From the NCBI RefSeq assembly GCF_037042905.1, contig NC_087245.1, positions 15,130,001 to 15,194,000 of the forward strand: a stretch of DNA of 64,000 bases, written 5' to 3'. The position numbers and the translations under genes were made by a program. The notes under the pieces were generated by a model that was given only the letters and a program-made list of their open reading frames with translations, was not told the origin of the DNA and made no database searches. Below, one piece after another: positions 12,790 to 25,500 of the stretch. Each line of letters starts with the position of its first letter. The first letter of the stretch is position 1. Source of the DNA: Lytechinus pictus. Lineage: Eukaryota.

Positions 12790-13753
12790 TTTTTGTCTCA
12801 CCTGCATAGCAGAGTGAGACTATAGGCGCCGCTTTTCCGACGGCGACGGCGACGGCGGCGGCGGCGTCAACACCAAATCTTAACCTGAGGTTAAGTTTTT
12901 GAAATGACAGCATAACTTAGAAAGTATATGGACCTAGTTCATGAAACTTGGCCATAAGGTTAATCAAGTATTACTGAACATCCTGCCTGAGTTTCATGTC
13001 ACATGACCAAGGTCAAAGGTCATTTAGGGTCAATGAACTTAGACCATGTTGGGGGAATCAACATCAAAATCTTAACCTAAGGTTAAGTTTTTGAAATGTC
13101 ATCATAACTTAGAAAATATATGGACCTAGTTCATGAAACTTATACATAAGGTTAATCAAGTATCACTGAACATCCTGCATGAGTTTCACGTCACATGACC
13201 AAGGTCAAAGGTCATTTAGGGTCAATGAACTTTGGCCGAATTGGGGATATCTGTTGAATTACCATCATAACTTTGAAAGTTTATGGATCTGATTCATGAA
13301 ACTTGGACATAATAGTAATCAAGTATTACTGAACATCCTGTGCAAGTTTCAGGTCACATGATCAAGGTCAAAGGTCATTTAGGGTCAATGAACTTTGGCC
13401 AAATTGGGGTGTTTGTTGAATTACAGCCATAAATTTGAAAGTGTGTTGGTCTAGTTCATAAAACTTGGACATAATAGTAATCAAGTATCACTGAACATCC
13501 TGTGCGAGTTTCAGGTCACATGATCAAGGTCAAAGGTCATGTAAGGTCAAAGAACTTTGGCCACGTTGGGGGTATTTGTTGAATTGCCATCATATCTCTA
13601 TAAGTGTATTGGTCTAGTTCATAAAACGTGGAAATAAGAGTAACGAAGTATCACTGAACATCTTGTGCGAGTTATAGTAGTTTTCAAAATCAGCACTGCT
13701 GCTATATTGAATCGCGTGATGCAGGTGAGACGGCCAGAGGCATTCCACTTGTT
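12790..13753 (+). mobile_element. Helentron/DINE-like family H1, copy 2 (in putative SETD2 3' UTR)
   Basis: Same termini and tandem units as 1172-2352; four DR1-bearing units. Confidence 0.8.
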
Positions 13754-16122
13754 TCCTTGTCTAGTGCACTTCCACTGCTGAAGTTTCATAAGAATCACGC
13801 CTGATATTGCTATTTGAGATCTTGGTTGGTCCAGCTCAGCAAGATCATCTTTGCGAATCTGCCATGGTTGGCTTTGGTATACCTTTATTGACGCTGCCCT
13901 TGTACCTACACCAGTATTATGAATGTGTCCTAAAAAAAAAAAAGAAATAAGTAGGGAGCCAGAGCATTGCTGATTTGTCTGTTCAAAGTAGATTTGCCCT
14001 CATTACCATGATGGGCTACATTTATAAGTTACTAGGCCGAATTTTAAGCAACTTGATCTGGCCTAATCAAGTTGATAAATCGGCAATGGTAACCTAACAT
14101 AAGGTATTTCTGGAGCATAGGTATACTTTCTTATGCAAGTACAGATATTTGAAAAAGAAGCCGAAATGGTATTATTATTTGTTGGTTGTAAAAGAATACT
14201 TGATATGATTATTTTAGTTGAATCCTCACATGTTTCAACAAGCAGCTTTTGATTTACTGTGCTTCCGGCTGATAAGAAAAAAACACATTTCAAGGAAATT
14301 CAAGCCCCAGCTATAATTGCACAATTAAAATCTCAGGTGAATATATCTAGCCCTGTTGAAGAATAAAATTGTTAGTGTGATTATTCTATTTATGTTTGCA
14401 TTGACTTGTACTAGATTATTAAAATATCAATTTTGTAATTGTCATGCTTTTCTGAAGTGTTTTGAAGACATTGTGTCTATGAATTTTATTAATTTACAAA
14501 ACTGCTTCAAATTGAAATATGAATAATTGAGATTCATTTAACTTAAATTTGTGAGTGCCAAATCAGAATTCTTGGTTATGATACATAATATTTGAAATTT
14601 GGTCTTATGGTCCTAGTGATCATGATCTGATACTGTTTTATTGTCTGATAAAGTATGCTATTAGTTGACATTTACATGATTGTCCTCTTAGCAGTTCTTG
14701 GTTTAAAAAAAAACACACATATTGACACTATGAGGTTTCTCATAATCCTTTTCAGCAACATAATTATTTTTAAACATATTGTACAAATTGGTTTAGTTGT
14801 CATGTAGTATGCCTTTTTGAGAGAACTCTAAAATTTCTGAGGAAGCGGTTATATTTGTGTATTCACTTCAATTTTAAAAACTGACTGAAAGCCTTTTCAG
14901 TCAGTTTGCTAAAGTGTTATATTGAAAATTCATTGGAAATATCTTCTTCTGATGTCCTTGCACAGATGCAATTTATATGTGGATATGAACATCGTGAAGA
15001 CTACCCATATACCACAAATTCTGAATCGCATTGTGCTTTTATTTTTGCAAGTCCTGAATAAAGTATCTTCCTGTATATAACCATTATTACGAGAATCATG
15101 ATAATAATAACTGATAAAGCAAGTAAAAAAAACCAAGAAAATATATATGAATGTGATTGAAGTGTTCCAAGTAATGTCCAGTGAAAGATATTAGTGTTCA
15201 GGTACTATCTGCTCTTCTCTAAAATGGTACTGTTGTTGGAGAGGTAAAAGCCCTAGAGCTTGAAATCATGTTTGCAGAAAGGCAGACTACTATTGCATGT
15301 ATTACTCGGTCTATCACTAGCTTTAGATGTTCATTACATCCGAGCTGGAAACCTATTTGATTACACATTCAGACAGCACACTGTAATAAATGATTCAAGG
15401 GGCTTTGATATAAAGTACTTTCATGTAATACACTTTTCAGACCACATTTGATATGATGGAAAACCTGGCTTTCTTCCAAACCTAACCACACTTCATTCGT
15501 TTTATTCAAATCCTATTACATTGCCCCCACTTTTCTTGGAGTATTGGTAGTTGGTACATCATAAGAATTAGTTAAAAATTAACTTACAATAGATGCTTTG
15601 ATTATTGTGAGATGGAGTTCCTTTTGACCCATCATCCATGCCCTGTTGATTTAATCACCTTGTGTACATGTATTTCTAATGAGAAAGATCTCTAGTGAAA
15701 TGGTACATTGCTATGTTCACTCGGCAAATTTGTGACCTGTTTCACAGTTATGAATTGTTGTGTGAGCAGTGCTGTGTGTGTGTGAAATGTAGGATTTTAT
15801 TTCCCGCCCAGGTCCCCATTGTTTTGGTCAACTCTGTGATGACTCCTTATGATTAATCCTTTGAATTTGAAAAACAAAACAGTGGACTACATTTGACTTG
15901 TGCAAAACTTGTACATATTGACAGCACATTTGCACTGTAGTTCAGGTGTTAACAGAAGCAATATATTATTGCCAATTCTCTTTGAGTATTTGTTGTCTAT
16001 ATTTGAGATTTAATTGACTGTTTCTGTTGTAAACTACAGTTAAGATGTTTTTTATATTGTTTATAATATTGAATATGCAAGAGGAACTGAGATCAGATGA
16101 AATTCTCTTGTCATCAAGAAAA

Positions 16123-16128
16123 AATAAA
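16123..16128 (+). terminator. Candidate distal polyadenylation signal of SETD2
   Basis: AATAAA followed by GT/T-rich sequence at the end of a UTR-like stretch; other AATAAA hexamers lie upstream (e.g. 14362, 15058). Confidence 0.35.
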
Positions 16129-16383
16129 ATGAACTCTATCAAATTGTTAATCTTGTGTGATTTTATTTTTTAATGTGTCAAACCCAAACATACCCCCTCA
16201 AAATATTTGCTGGCTGCTATTTTGAAAAAAATTCCCCCTTGTGTTGTGCCCCTCAAAAATATTGACTCATTAGGACACTGGCAGCCCCAAGGGGGGATGT
16301 TCCAATGCCCCTGCCCCCAACGCTTCAGTGCCTTCCGTTTCCCACTGCTTTAAAATCCTGATGCCGGGATTTAACCCCAGGTT

Positions 16384-16757
16384 GGGTTATTTCCAATTGG
16401 TCTAATGCCATTTCGTCCAGTTACCAACTTGTCTGCTATCATTTGGTCTACCATCTGATCATCCACTATCCACATGGTCAAATTGCCATTTCGTCCACTC
16501 ACCATTTGGTCTAATAATCAGTTGGTCCAATAGCCAATAAGTATGCCATTTGGTCTAATTGGAATAGTGTTAATTGGGCAAATTGAATGAAAAGAAAATG
16601 ATATTAGACCAACTTGTTATGAGACAAAAATGGTCATAAACGAACTGGTTATAAGACGGGGTGCCATTGGACTTGATGGTTGTTAGACGAAATGATGATG
16701 GACGGAAAAGCATTAGAAAAGAATAATAAGAGCAATAGAATAATCGACAGTTTACCC
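16384..16757. mobile_element. MITE with short subterminal repeats
   Basis: Multiple ttggtcta/ttcgtcca motifs on the left, inverted tagacca/tagacga motifs on the right. Confidence 0.55.
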
Positions 16758-17107
16758 CCTTGGTTAGCATAACTTGAATGCTAAAAGCCTATCTTTAGTT
16801 ATGGTAAATCCCCCAAAATTGCTTGTCATTAGTTCATGTCATTACTATTGTGCCCCAAAATGGATGTGAAACATATAAATTAAAATAGTGTGTGTTGGAT
16901 GAATTTACAAATTTTACATCAAAATTTAATTCTACCAGGTGCAGCGTTTTTATAAAGCACCATGGGCTGCAATTTTCAGAATACATGTATAAGGGATATA
17001 ACCTTTGTCAGCCGCTTTCTGATATCCAATTGCCAAATATGTAAAGCAAGTGCCCAAGCTCCTATTTTAAATAAAAAGTGTAACACCGATAGAATTTAAA
17101 TCCTTAA

Positions 17108-17681
17108 AGGGATAGTCCGGGCTGAAAGTATTTATAGCTTAACAAATAGAGTAGAATTCACTGAGCAAAATGCCGAAAATTTCATCAAAATCGGATAACA
17201 AAGTTATTGAATTTTAAAGTTTAGTAATATTTTGTAAAAACAGTCGTCATGAATATTCATTAGGTGGGCTGACGATGTCACATCTCCACTTGTTCTTTTG
17301 TATTTTATTATATGAAATTAGGTTTATTCAAATTTTTTCCTCCAAGAACTAGAAAGATTGGATTGACAACTGATTTAGTGCATTATATATTTATTGCTGC
17401 AACTTATTTCATTATATGAGAGACATATTATTCACACAAGTATGAAATAATGAACAAAATATGATTTTATGTAATAACATAAAAAACGGAGAGTGGAGAT
17501 GTGACATCATCAGACCACCTAATGAATATTCATGACGACTGTTTTCACAAAATATTGCTAAACTTCAAACTTCAATAACTTTATAATTTGTTATCCGATT
17601 TTGATGAAATTTTCGGCATTTTGCTCAGTGAATTCTACTCTATGTATTAAGATATAAATATTTTCAGCCCGGACCATCCCT
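17108..17681. mobile_element. TTAA-flanked Kolobok-like foldback MITE
   Basis: ttaa|agggatagtccgggctgaaa...tttcagcccggaccatccct|ttaa; ~200-bp inverted arms. Confidence 0.8.
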
Positions 17682-17984
17682 TTAACGAACAGAAAGGTGT
17701 ATCTATGATGAAGAAATGTAATGAGAAGATTGGTTTCCTGAATGTGGGACGCACTGTATTGTTACGCAGTGTCGGTTCGTTGCATGTTACTTAGCTTTTC
17801 AATCAGCATAGGCGAAGCAAGACAAGATGAGCATTTATTAAAATGGAATAACTTTATACAAATAAATATGCGGTAGGAAGTTCAATAGTGACTACTCTGA
17901 AGCTGTAAGCTCTGCTCTCTGTTTAATGTAAACTCTATTCTGTTAACTCGAAGCTAATCTCTAAACTCCACACTAGCTAGGGTT

Positions 17985-18146
17985 CAGGGGAGCGTTTCAT
18001 CACATTTTTGTCCGACAAGTTGTCAGATATGACAACTTTCCCAGATGTTGATTGGCTGAGAAAAACTGTTACTGTGGTAACTGTCAAATGAAAAGGGACT
18101 TGTCGGATAAACCGCCCGACAAGTCCATTCATGAAACGCTCTCCTG
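17985..18146. mobile_element. Short MITE family (gagcgtttcat...atgaaacgctc)
   Basis: Inverted ends; related copies at ~55562-55722 and (degenerate) ~39604-39747. Confidence 0.65.
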
Positions 18147-18480
18147 AAGTGAACCTTTTTTTTATAATGGTTGTTCAAGACTTTAGTTGACAGCCGTTGG
18201 CCAACCTTTAGTTAACCAAACAACCCCTTGCGTCAAAACTTGTACTCTTGATTTTGGGAGTGGATCGACGTTTTGAAGTGATTGTGCGTCAGAAGCTGCA
18301 TGGCAGAAGAATGAGTAGTATAGTAGGCCCCCTACCTTCGAGGAACGGAGCTGTTGAACATCCTTTGTGTCCCACAATTTATATTTACACTTAATGACTC
18401 TTTTGACTTAAGAAAGGTGACATGTTTGGCTTTTATATGAGATCACTCATGAGCAGGTCCATGAGTGATCCATCTCTGTA

Positions 18481-20747
18481 GGGCGATTCCATACATGTCG
18501 TACGGGACATTTAGAGAACATTTGACAGTTTTTCGACAGGAAAAATAAAAAATATTCCATTAACTAAAGGTGATCATCAAGTACTCCCAGAGTGTTAGGA
18601 AAACCAAGACTTAACATGACTTGAATTCACATCCTGTATAATACAGAGTTCAATAGTAATGTGTCGTACGGGACACAGAAAAGTGGCTTTTTCGAAACCT
18701 TAAGTTTGCACTCTTAAAGTCTGTAAGTTGGACAGATTATTTTCATGAAAACTTAACTCAAATTGATATTCAATTACCCAAGAACAAACACATTTATAAA
18801 AGAAAGGAAAATAAACATTCATGAATATAAAGCAAATTAAAATTTTCAAGAACATTGTGGCGTACGTACGGGACACTCAAAATGTGTCGTACGGGACATC
18901 TCTAAATTGAGGCCAAACTTTCTTACTTTATGTCTCTTTGACGTCTTCAATCACTTTATTTGGCTGATGTTAATGATAATCCTAACAAACCAAAGACTTT
19001 TATTATTTTAGAAACCGCTATTTGCTGAATAATTATGTCAATATATCCTAAACAAAATACTGTGTCGTGCGGGACACTTGTGTATCTTAATAGCTTCATG
19101 GTTGTACCATGGACCTATTAATAATAGGTAATAGGTCCATGGTTGTACTGAACAGCCTGTATAAAACAATGAAATTTTTATCAATTAGAAAGGGAGCATT
19201 GCCCCTATATTCTTCATTTTTAATGAAAAGCCTTAAGTACTAGAAGTCATTCAGGACAATATAATAAAGTAACCTCATTTTATCCGTTATATATACAATT
19301 GGGAGCAATACATCATTTTTTTCATGATGGGAAATGTACAATGGTTCACAGCTTTTTAAGAGCTAAAAAACTTGAGGCATTTGTGTGAAGTTATATTTCA
19401 GTGAATTAAGTGACGATTTCCAATACACTATTTAAATAGTGAATGAATGAAACTGTGTTTGTGTAAATTATTGGGCTGAAATGTTATGATTTTTCATATA
19501 AAATGTATATACATGATATATGTCACAATTGTCACTTGTTATTTCACAAATATTTTTTTCTAAAGAAATGCTATTTTACTTTGCTGCATTTTATGAAACC
19601 ATATGGTTTGTCTTATTTTCCAGATTTTATTTTAACAACATGGTTTGTCTTATTTTACAACTGGAGAAAGGTAAGGAGTTTCAATACTGTATATAAAAAA
19701 AATTAGTGATCATCAAGCCCGTCATCAAGGGAGGTCCAAATAGATGATTGATGTGTATTTTTTTTTTACATCTTATTATATTTTCACAGTAGCATGCTAG
19801 AGGAAGTCATCTTCCATGCTAGGGTGAATTGATTATAAAGGTTTTCTTTTCATGCTCAATAACAAAGAAATTAACCAGCTCTGACTAGTGAAAATCACCA
19901 GTTTAGCTGAAGGGATTCACAAAAGAATATATAGGCCTACATGAAGTCTATTTATTTCATTTTCAATTGAGATACAAAATACCTATTCAGTTCACTAAAT
20001 GTCAAATCAATTACTTCAATTAAAATAGGCATATACTGTTGATTGTTCCTGAATCCGAATCCTGCAATGAAATGCAGTATATATTGTGTGTCGTACGGGA
20101 CATGTCCCGTACGACACACACTGTGTCGTACGGGATAACTTTTAATAGGACAATTATTGAAAAATAAAGGGCAGTAATTCGATCCTTATAGGATAAATCG
20201 ATCACCAATGGGTCAAAGATAGAGAAACTGATATTGTAAGATTGCATCATCAAAAATAAAAGTGTAGGAAAACTTTTGCATTTTCATGTGTCGTACGGGA
20301 CATTGCCAAAAAAAATCAGGGCTGCCCCCAGTGGCGTACCTAGGATTTTCCACAGGGGGGGGGGGCAAATTCGTCCGCCAAAAAAATTGACAAGCAAAAA
20401 AAAAGAGGTCTTCAACCACAAATAAAGGATCTCGTCCGCCCAAAAATTTGACAAGCAAAAAAAAAAAAAAAAAAAAAAGGTCTTCAAGACTCGTCAGGGG
20501 GGCAGGGATATGTCCCTTGCATGGGTTGTGACTCGTCAGGGGGGCAGTCTGCCCCCCGTAGGTACGCTAGTGGCTGCCCCTATTATATGGATCATGAAAA
20601 TGTTGTAGATATTATTTGGAACCATCAATAAAACATTATTCCATTAACCTGCAATATTTTCAATCTTCTAGTGTTTTGCCGTTAATGGTTTCAGGCAGTG
20701 TTTGTTCTTGAAGTTCTTATTTTTGAAGTTCTAGTGTAGAATCGCCC
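18481..20747. mobile_element. 2.27-kb non-autonomous TIR element with 4-bp TSD (Sola2-like)
   Basis: tgta|gggcgattc...gaatcgccc|tgta; nine internal tgtcgtacgggaca-type motifs. Confidence 0.7.
20329..20572. mobile_element. hAT-like MITE nested in the Sola-like element
   Basis: Perfect 8-bp TSD gctgcccc; TIR cagtggcgtacct/aggtacgctagtg. Confidence 0.85.
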
Positions 20748-20814
20748 TGTACAGTGATTAGAATGACCCGGTTTAATTCCTTCATGATGAACATATTGCT
20801 TTAAAAGTTCTCTT

Positions 20815-21765
20815 TCGGGTCAGTATATCAAAAATTTCAGCTCGCGCTTTGTGCTCGCATGAGATACATAGCTTGTTTATTTACATATATGCGGAATCTG
20901 AGTTTGATATTTATATAAAAACGTGTGAAAATGTTAAGTTTTCAAGTCAAAATATCCAAACTTGTCAGTACTTCTGTACCGAGAGTGAACAGTATGTCCC
21001 GGTTTACGGTCTAAATGTCATGAAATTTTCAGCTCCCGCTTCGCGCTCGCATCGAATATTAGTGTGATCCATATCCTCTCCACAATTTTCCTTCATGTTA
21101 GACCGTGCTTAAAAGGTTTCCTTTTGGGTCAGTGAATACAAAATTTCAGCTCGCGCTTCGCGCTCGCATTAATTTTATTGAGATACACAGGTGTTCAATT
21201 ACATGCGGAAAGTGAGTTTGTCTTTATATGAAAACGTGTAAGAATGATTAGTTTTCAAGTCAAAATATCCCAAAATTCAAGCTCGCGCTCGCATCATTCA
21301 TTGATACCTTTTCTTTTCATGATTACAAAAACTGCAAGGAATGTCCGATTTTAAGTCTTAAAAAAAAAAGGCTCGCGTTCGCGCTCGCATTGCTTGTTTG
21401 ATTAGATACCCATCGTGTTCACTTCAAAAAGGGTTTAGAATGTTCAATTTTCTGGTTGTAAAATAATAAAATTTCAGCTCGCGCATTGCGCCCGCAACAA
21501 TAGCATAGTTCTATGCCCATCCTATTTATATGATGGTTACATCGCTTTGAATTTCATGTTTTTAGTTCTAAACTTTCTGAAGAAAATTCAGCTTGCGCTT
21601 GTTTACTGTGTTCTGTATCAAAAGGTGCTTAACCATGCAGTCCATTTTTAGGTCGAATATAATAAAAAATTCAGCTCGCGCTCTGAGTTACTGCAAGCAG
21701 TCATTAACATATCTTTTTTTTTCAGATTAGTTAATGAAAAGTTAAAGCTCGCGCTCGCATGAATT
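20815..21765. repeat. Degenerate tandem array with aaatttcagctcgcgcttcgcgctcgcat core
   Basis: About ten copies of the core at irregular ~60-170 bp spacing; more copies at ~26655-26905. Confidence 0.7.
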
Positions 21766-22538
21766 GCTTGATTATATACGCATATTAGCATCTAACATGA
21801 AAATAGATTTTGACGTGATATTCAGAAAAATGTAATACACAATTTCTTTGCTTGTCTTTCCTCCTTTTTTGTTTGTTTGTTTGGTTGTAGAACTTTTGGG
21901 GCCATGGTCCAAACTCATCCATACAACAGTGCAACAGTGTTATGTTGGTGGGGGTCCCTTGATATTAAAGCCATTTTAAACCTTACAGATAGCCACTAAT
22001 TTTAATTAAATTGCGTGTTTATCTATACAGCTTTCACACAACACATAAATTCAATGCAGTTGCATACCATAATCATCCAAATATTTTGAGGGGGCAGTCG
22101 GGGCACACCATAGCAAATTTGGGATAATTTGTAAACAGCCGCCAGCGAGCGAAGCGAGTCAGAAAGAAAAATGGACTTTTAAAATAAAATTCTAATTATG
22201 TGATATATTTTTACAATTTTTTCTTCATTTTTTTCATTCATTTCGCTGCCTCCTTTATTTTCTTTTATTTCTTCTTGGCTGTGGAACCCCCCCCCCCCGG
22301 TACGCCAGTGCTTAAACGCAAAGTTCAATGCAGGAAGGAGCCCCCGGTAGCTTTGGAGATTTAGCAAGTTTATGATGATAATTATTGTCAATCCTCGGCC
22401 GCCCGGTAGTTTTATTTTGTCCCTTTCTTTATTTTCCAATTTAGATTTTTTTCTCATTCCATTCTACCTCCATTTCCCGCTTTTGTTTGCCTTTTTGTCA
22501 TCTTTAATGTATCTCCCTGACTTACTAATCATGCTATT

Positions 22539-25500
22539 TAGTCAGGGGCCTTAGCAAAATTTTGGGGACAGAATTTACAAAAGCGCTATTTTTTGCATGT
22601 GGGTCCCTGGTATCAAAAGCATTAATTCTAGATAGGGTGCCTCGAAATCGGTGAAGGGCACCCTATTTTAAAATGCTAATTTATGCAAATTTTATGCAAA
22701 AAACTCATAATTCACCATATCTCACTAAAAATAATTTTCAAATACCCAATTTTTGTGTATTTGGGTCTCCTTTTGCTAAATATTCAACTGCAGGTCGATT
22801 TTCATAAATTTGGTGAGTATGAATCAATTCTTAAGGTTAATTTATGCAAATTATATGTAAAAACACATTTTATCATATCTCGACATATAGGATTGTCAAA
22901 ATCACAATTATTTTTCCACATGTGTCACTGGTACCAAAAGAATTAATTCTTGATAGGATACCTCGATATCAATGACTGGAATCCAATTTCATAGTGCTAA
23001 TTTATGCAAAATTATGCAAAATCACACTATTCACCGTAAATTACTGTATATGTATAGTACAGACCTAAACTTTTCTAGAAGCCTATTTTTTTTGGGGGGT
23101 GGGATTTGGGATTTATTTTGATGGGGCATCAAATCTAGATTGATTTCTGTACAGTTCCAGAATAAGAATCAATTTTCAATGTTTATTAATGCAAATTTAT
23201 GCAAAATGTATGCACATACAGGATGTGTAAAACACATCAACTATCATATTTCGAGGTTTTAAACCGAGGGACGAGCGCAACACTATGCATATGAGACATT
23301 GTTACACAATTCATTCATTATGGTGACTTTCCATGCGAACAGAGGACGGTATCATGTTTAAAATGCAAATTTATGCAAATTATAAATCCTGTGCATACCC
23401 CTTTCACAATAAAAAAAACCCAAATCATATGGAAAAGATAAACCAGTATTTTATCCTTTTTTATCAAAGCAAGTAGAGTTTTCTCCTGTCAGAAAGAGGA
23501 GTGTATATGGATGGTTCTCATGTCAGTAAAAGCTGTCCATGTTTGCCCCTCTGGCAACTATGTACATTTTTAGAACAAGGACACATCAGATTTGAGCAAA
23601 GAGACCTGATCCTTTTTCTTATTCTGTCGTCCCTTGGTTGACGGTGACCTGAATAATTTCAGTGATTTTTTTTCTTTATTGGCTTATGAATTGATCTTTA
23701 TCACTAAAACTAGGGTAACACCAAAACCAAATTCTCCCAATCAATTTCAGACCGAATCAGAGTCGAATCGGTCTGGAATAGGTCCCGAATCAGAGCACTA
23801 TTGACTTCCCAAAATAATTGTCCAAATGCCTCCCCAAACTCAACCGAATTCCATCCGAATACATCCCGAATGTGGCTCGAAAAACATTTGTCGTGGCTAC
23901 ATTTGGGAGTATTTTGGAGGATATTCGGCTGGTTTTAAACATTTCAAGACAAGCAGAATCCCTCCAAGAATGTTCCCGAATGTTTTCGTATATGGGGAGG
24001 GAGAACAGAATAGTCCCGGATCCTTCCGAATTGATTCCGGGAGCTCCCCCAATCGGAGATGAATAAGTACCGAATCTAATTTTTGGTGTAATCCTAGCTT
24101 AAACCAGGACTGACGTGATGTATTCTTGCGACTGTACTTTGGTTATCCTCTGAATGTTTTGCAGAGTGTTTACCTTAGTTGTATCCTATTCTGGTTTGTC
24201 GTCTAGAAACGGATTGCCTACTTAAAATCAGCTGCAAAATACACATAAGGATGAATTCTGGAGCACTCTGTTCTCCCCTCCCGAATGCAGGAATATTCAG
24301 GAGGAATAAGGGAACATTCTTGGAGGAATTTGGCTCGTTATGAAAATGTTCAAAACCAGCCGAATACCTCCAAAATACTCCCGAATATGGCTATGACAAA
24401 TTTCATTCGGGCCACATTCGGGATGTATTCCGATGGAATTCGGTTGGATTTTGGGAGGCATTTGGGGTATTTTGGGAAGATTAAGACGTTTTCGTATCAG
24501 TCGTAGAGTAAAGGTCCGACTCTTGAGTCTTCCCTCCCCATATCTTACGAATCATTACTCGAATACAGATAAGAATGTAGACGAGTGAGACGAATTGGCC
24601 AGAAAATAGAAAAATGGCATCCGAATAGCTGCCGAATCGGTCAATTATAGCCCATTTCAAAAGAATCTGGGGGTATTTCGGGAAATTCGGTGGCATACTT
24701 GGCGAATTCGGGCATAATTGTTCCGATTCGGGTCGTTATTCAGGTCGTCATTTGGCGATAATCGGAGGATTTGGGCTAAAATGGGCTTGATTCTGGCCAC
24801 CTTTGGCTCGATTGTTGCCACTGTTCGGGTTGGCATACAGCTTTATGCGGGACAGTCAATATTGATTTGGGTAAATTCTTTGGGATTCTACTCTGATACG
24901 GGACTTATTCCAGACCTTATCGTCTCTAATTCAGTGAGCACCCCGAATCAGAGACGAATAGGTTGCGCATCCACCGAAATCATCTGAATCAGGCCATATT
25001 AGGGAAGAATCAGTCCAACTTTATGTGGGAGAATTCGGTTCTCGTGTAACCCTGGTTGAAGTATATCTCGATCAGACTCGTTGTTTGCTGCTTGAATTAT
25101 ATCTTGGTCTACAATCCCTCCTCACGGTGAAGATGTAGATTTTGATATTTACTGAAAATCATTACTTCACATCCCAATAAATTAATTACAATATAGGATA
25201 GGTCTCTAACTGCGAGGAGATAGTAATAATGTACAGATTTATAGAATATGCCTACGTATACATTGCCCATGATGTGATTATTACACAACTTGAAAGAGAT
25301 TTTTGGACACCATTTTGTTTCCCAAAGACTGAAAATTTGCTTAACTGTGATTCATATATACTTTATAGCTATTGAGAAAATCAGACTTTAACTGATAGTA
25401 CATGGCTATATGTCTCCATATACATACATAGCCTTTGGTGTGGGGTGTCTCCAAAGTTTTGAATTTTCCTGTCAATATATTGCTGGTAAATTTGAAGCTT

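Noticed and set aside
18496..20302. tgtcgtacgggaca repeats as a CRISPR array
   Set aside because: Spacing ranges from 0 to ~1000 bp, orientation is mixed, and the motifs are enclosed by TIRs with a TSD.
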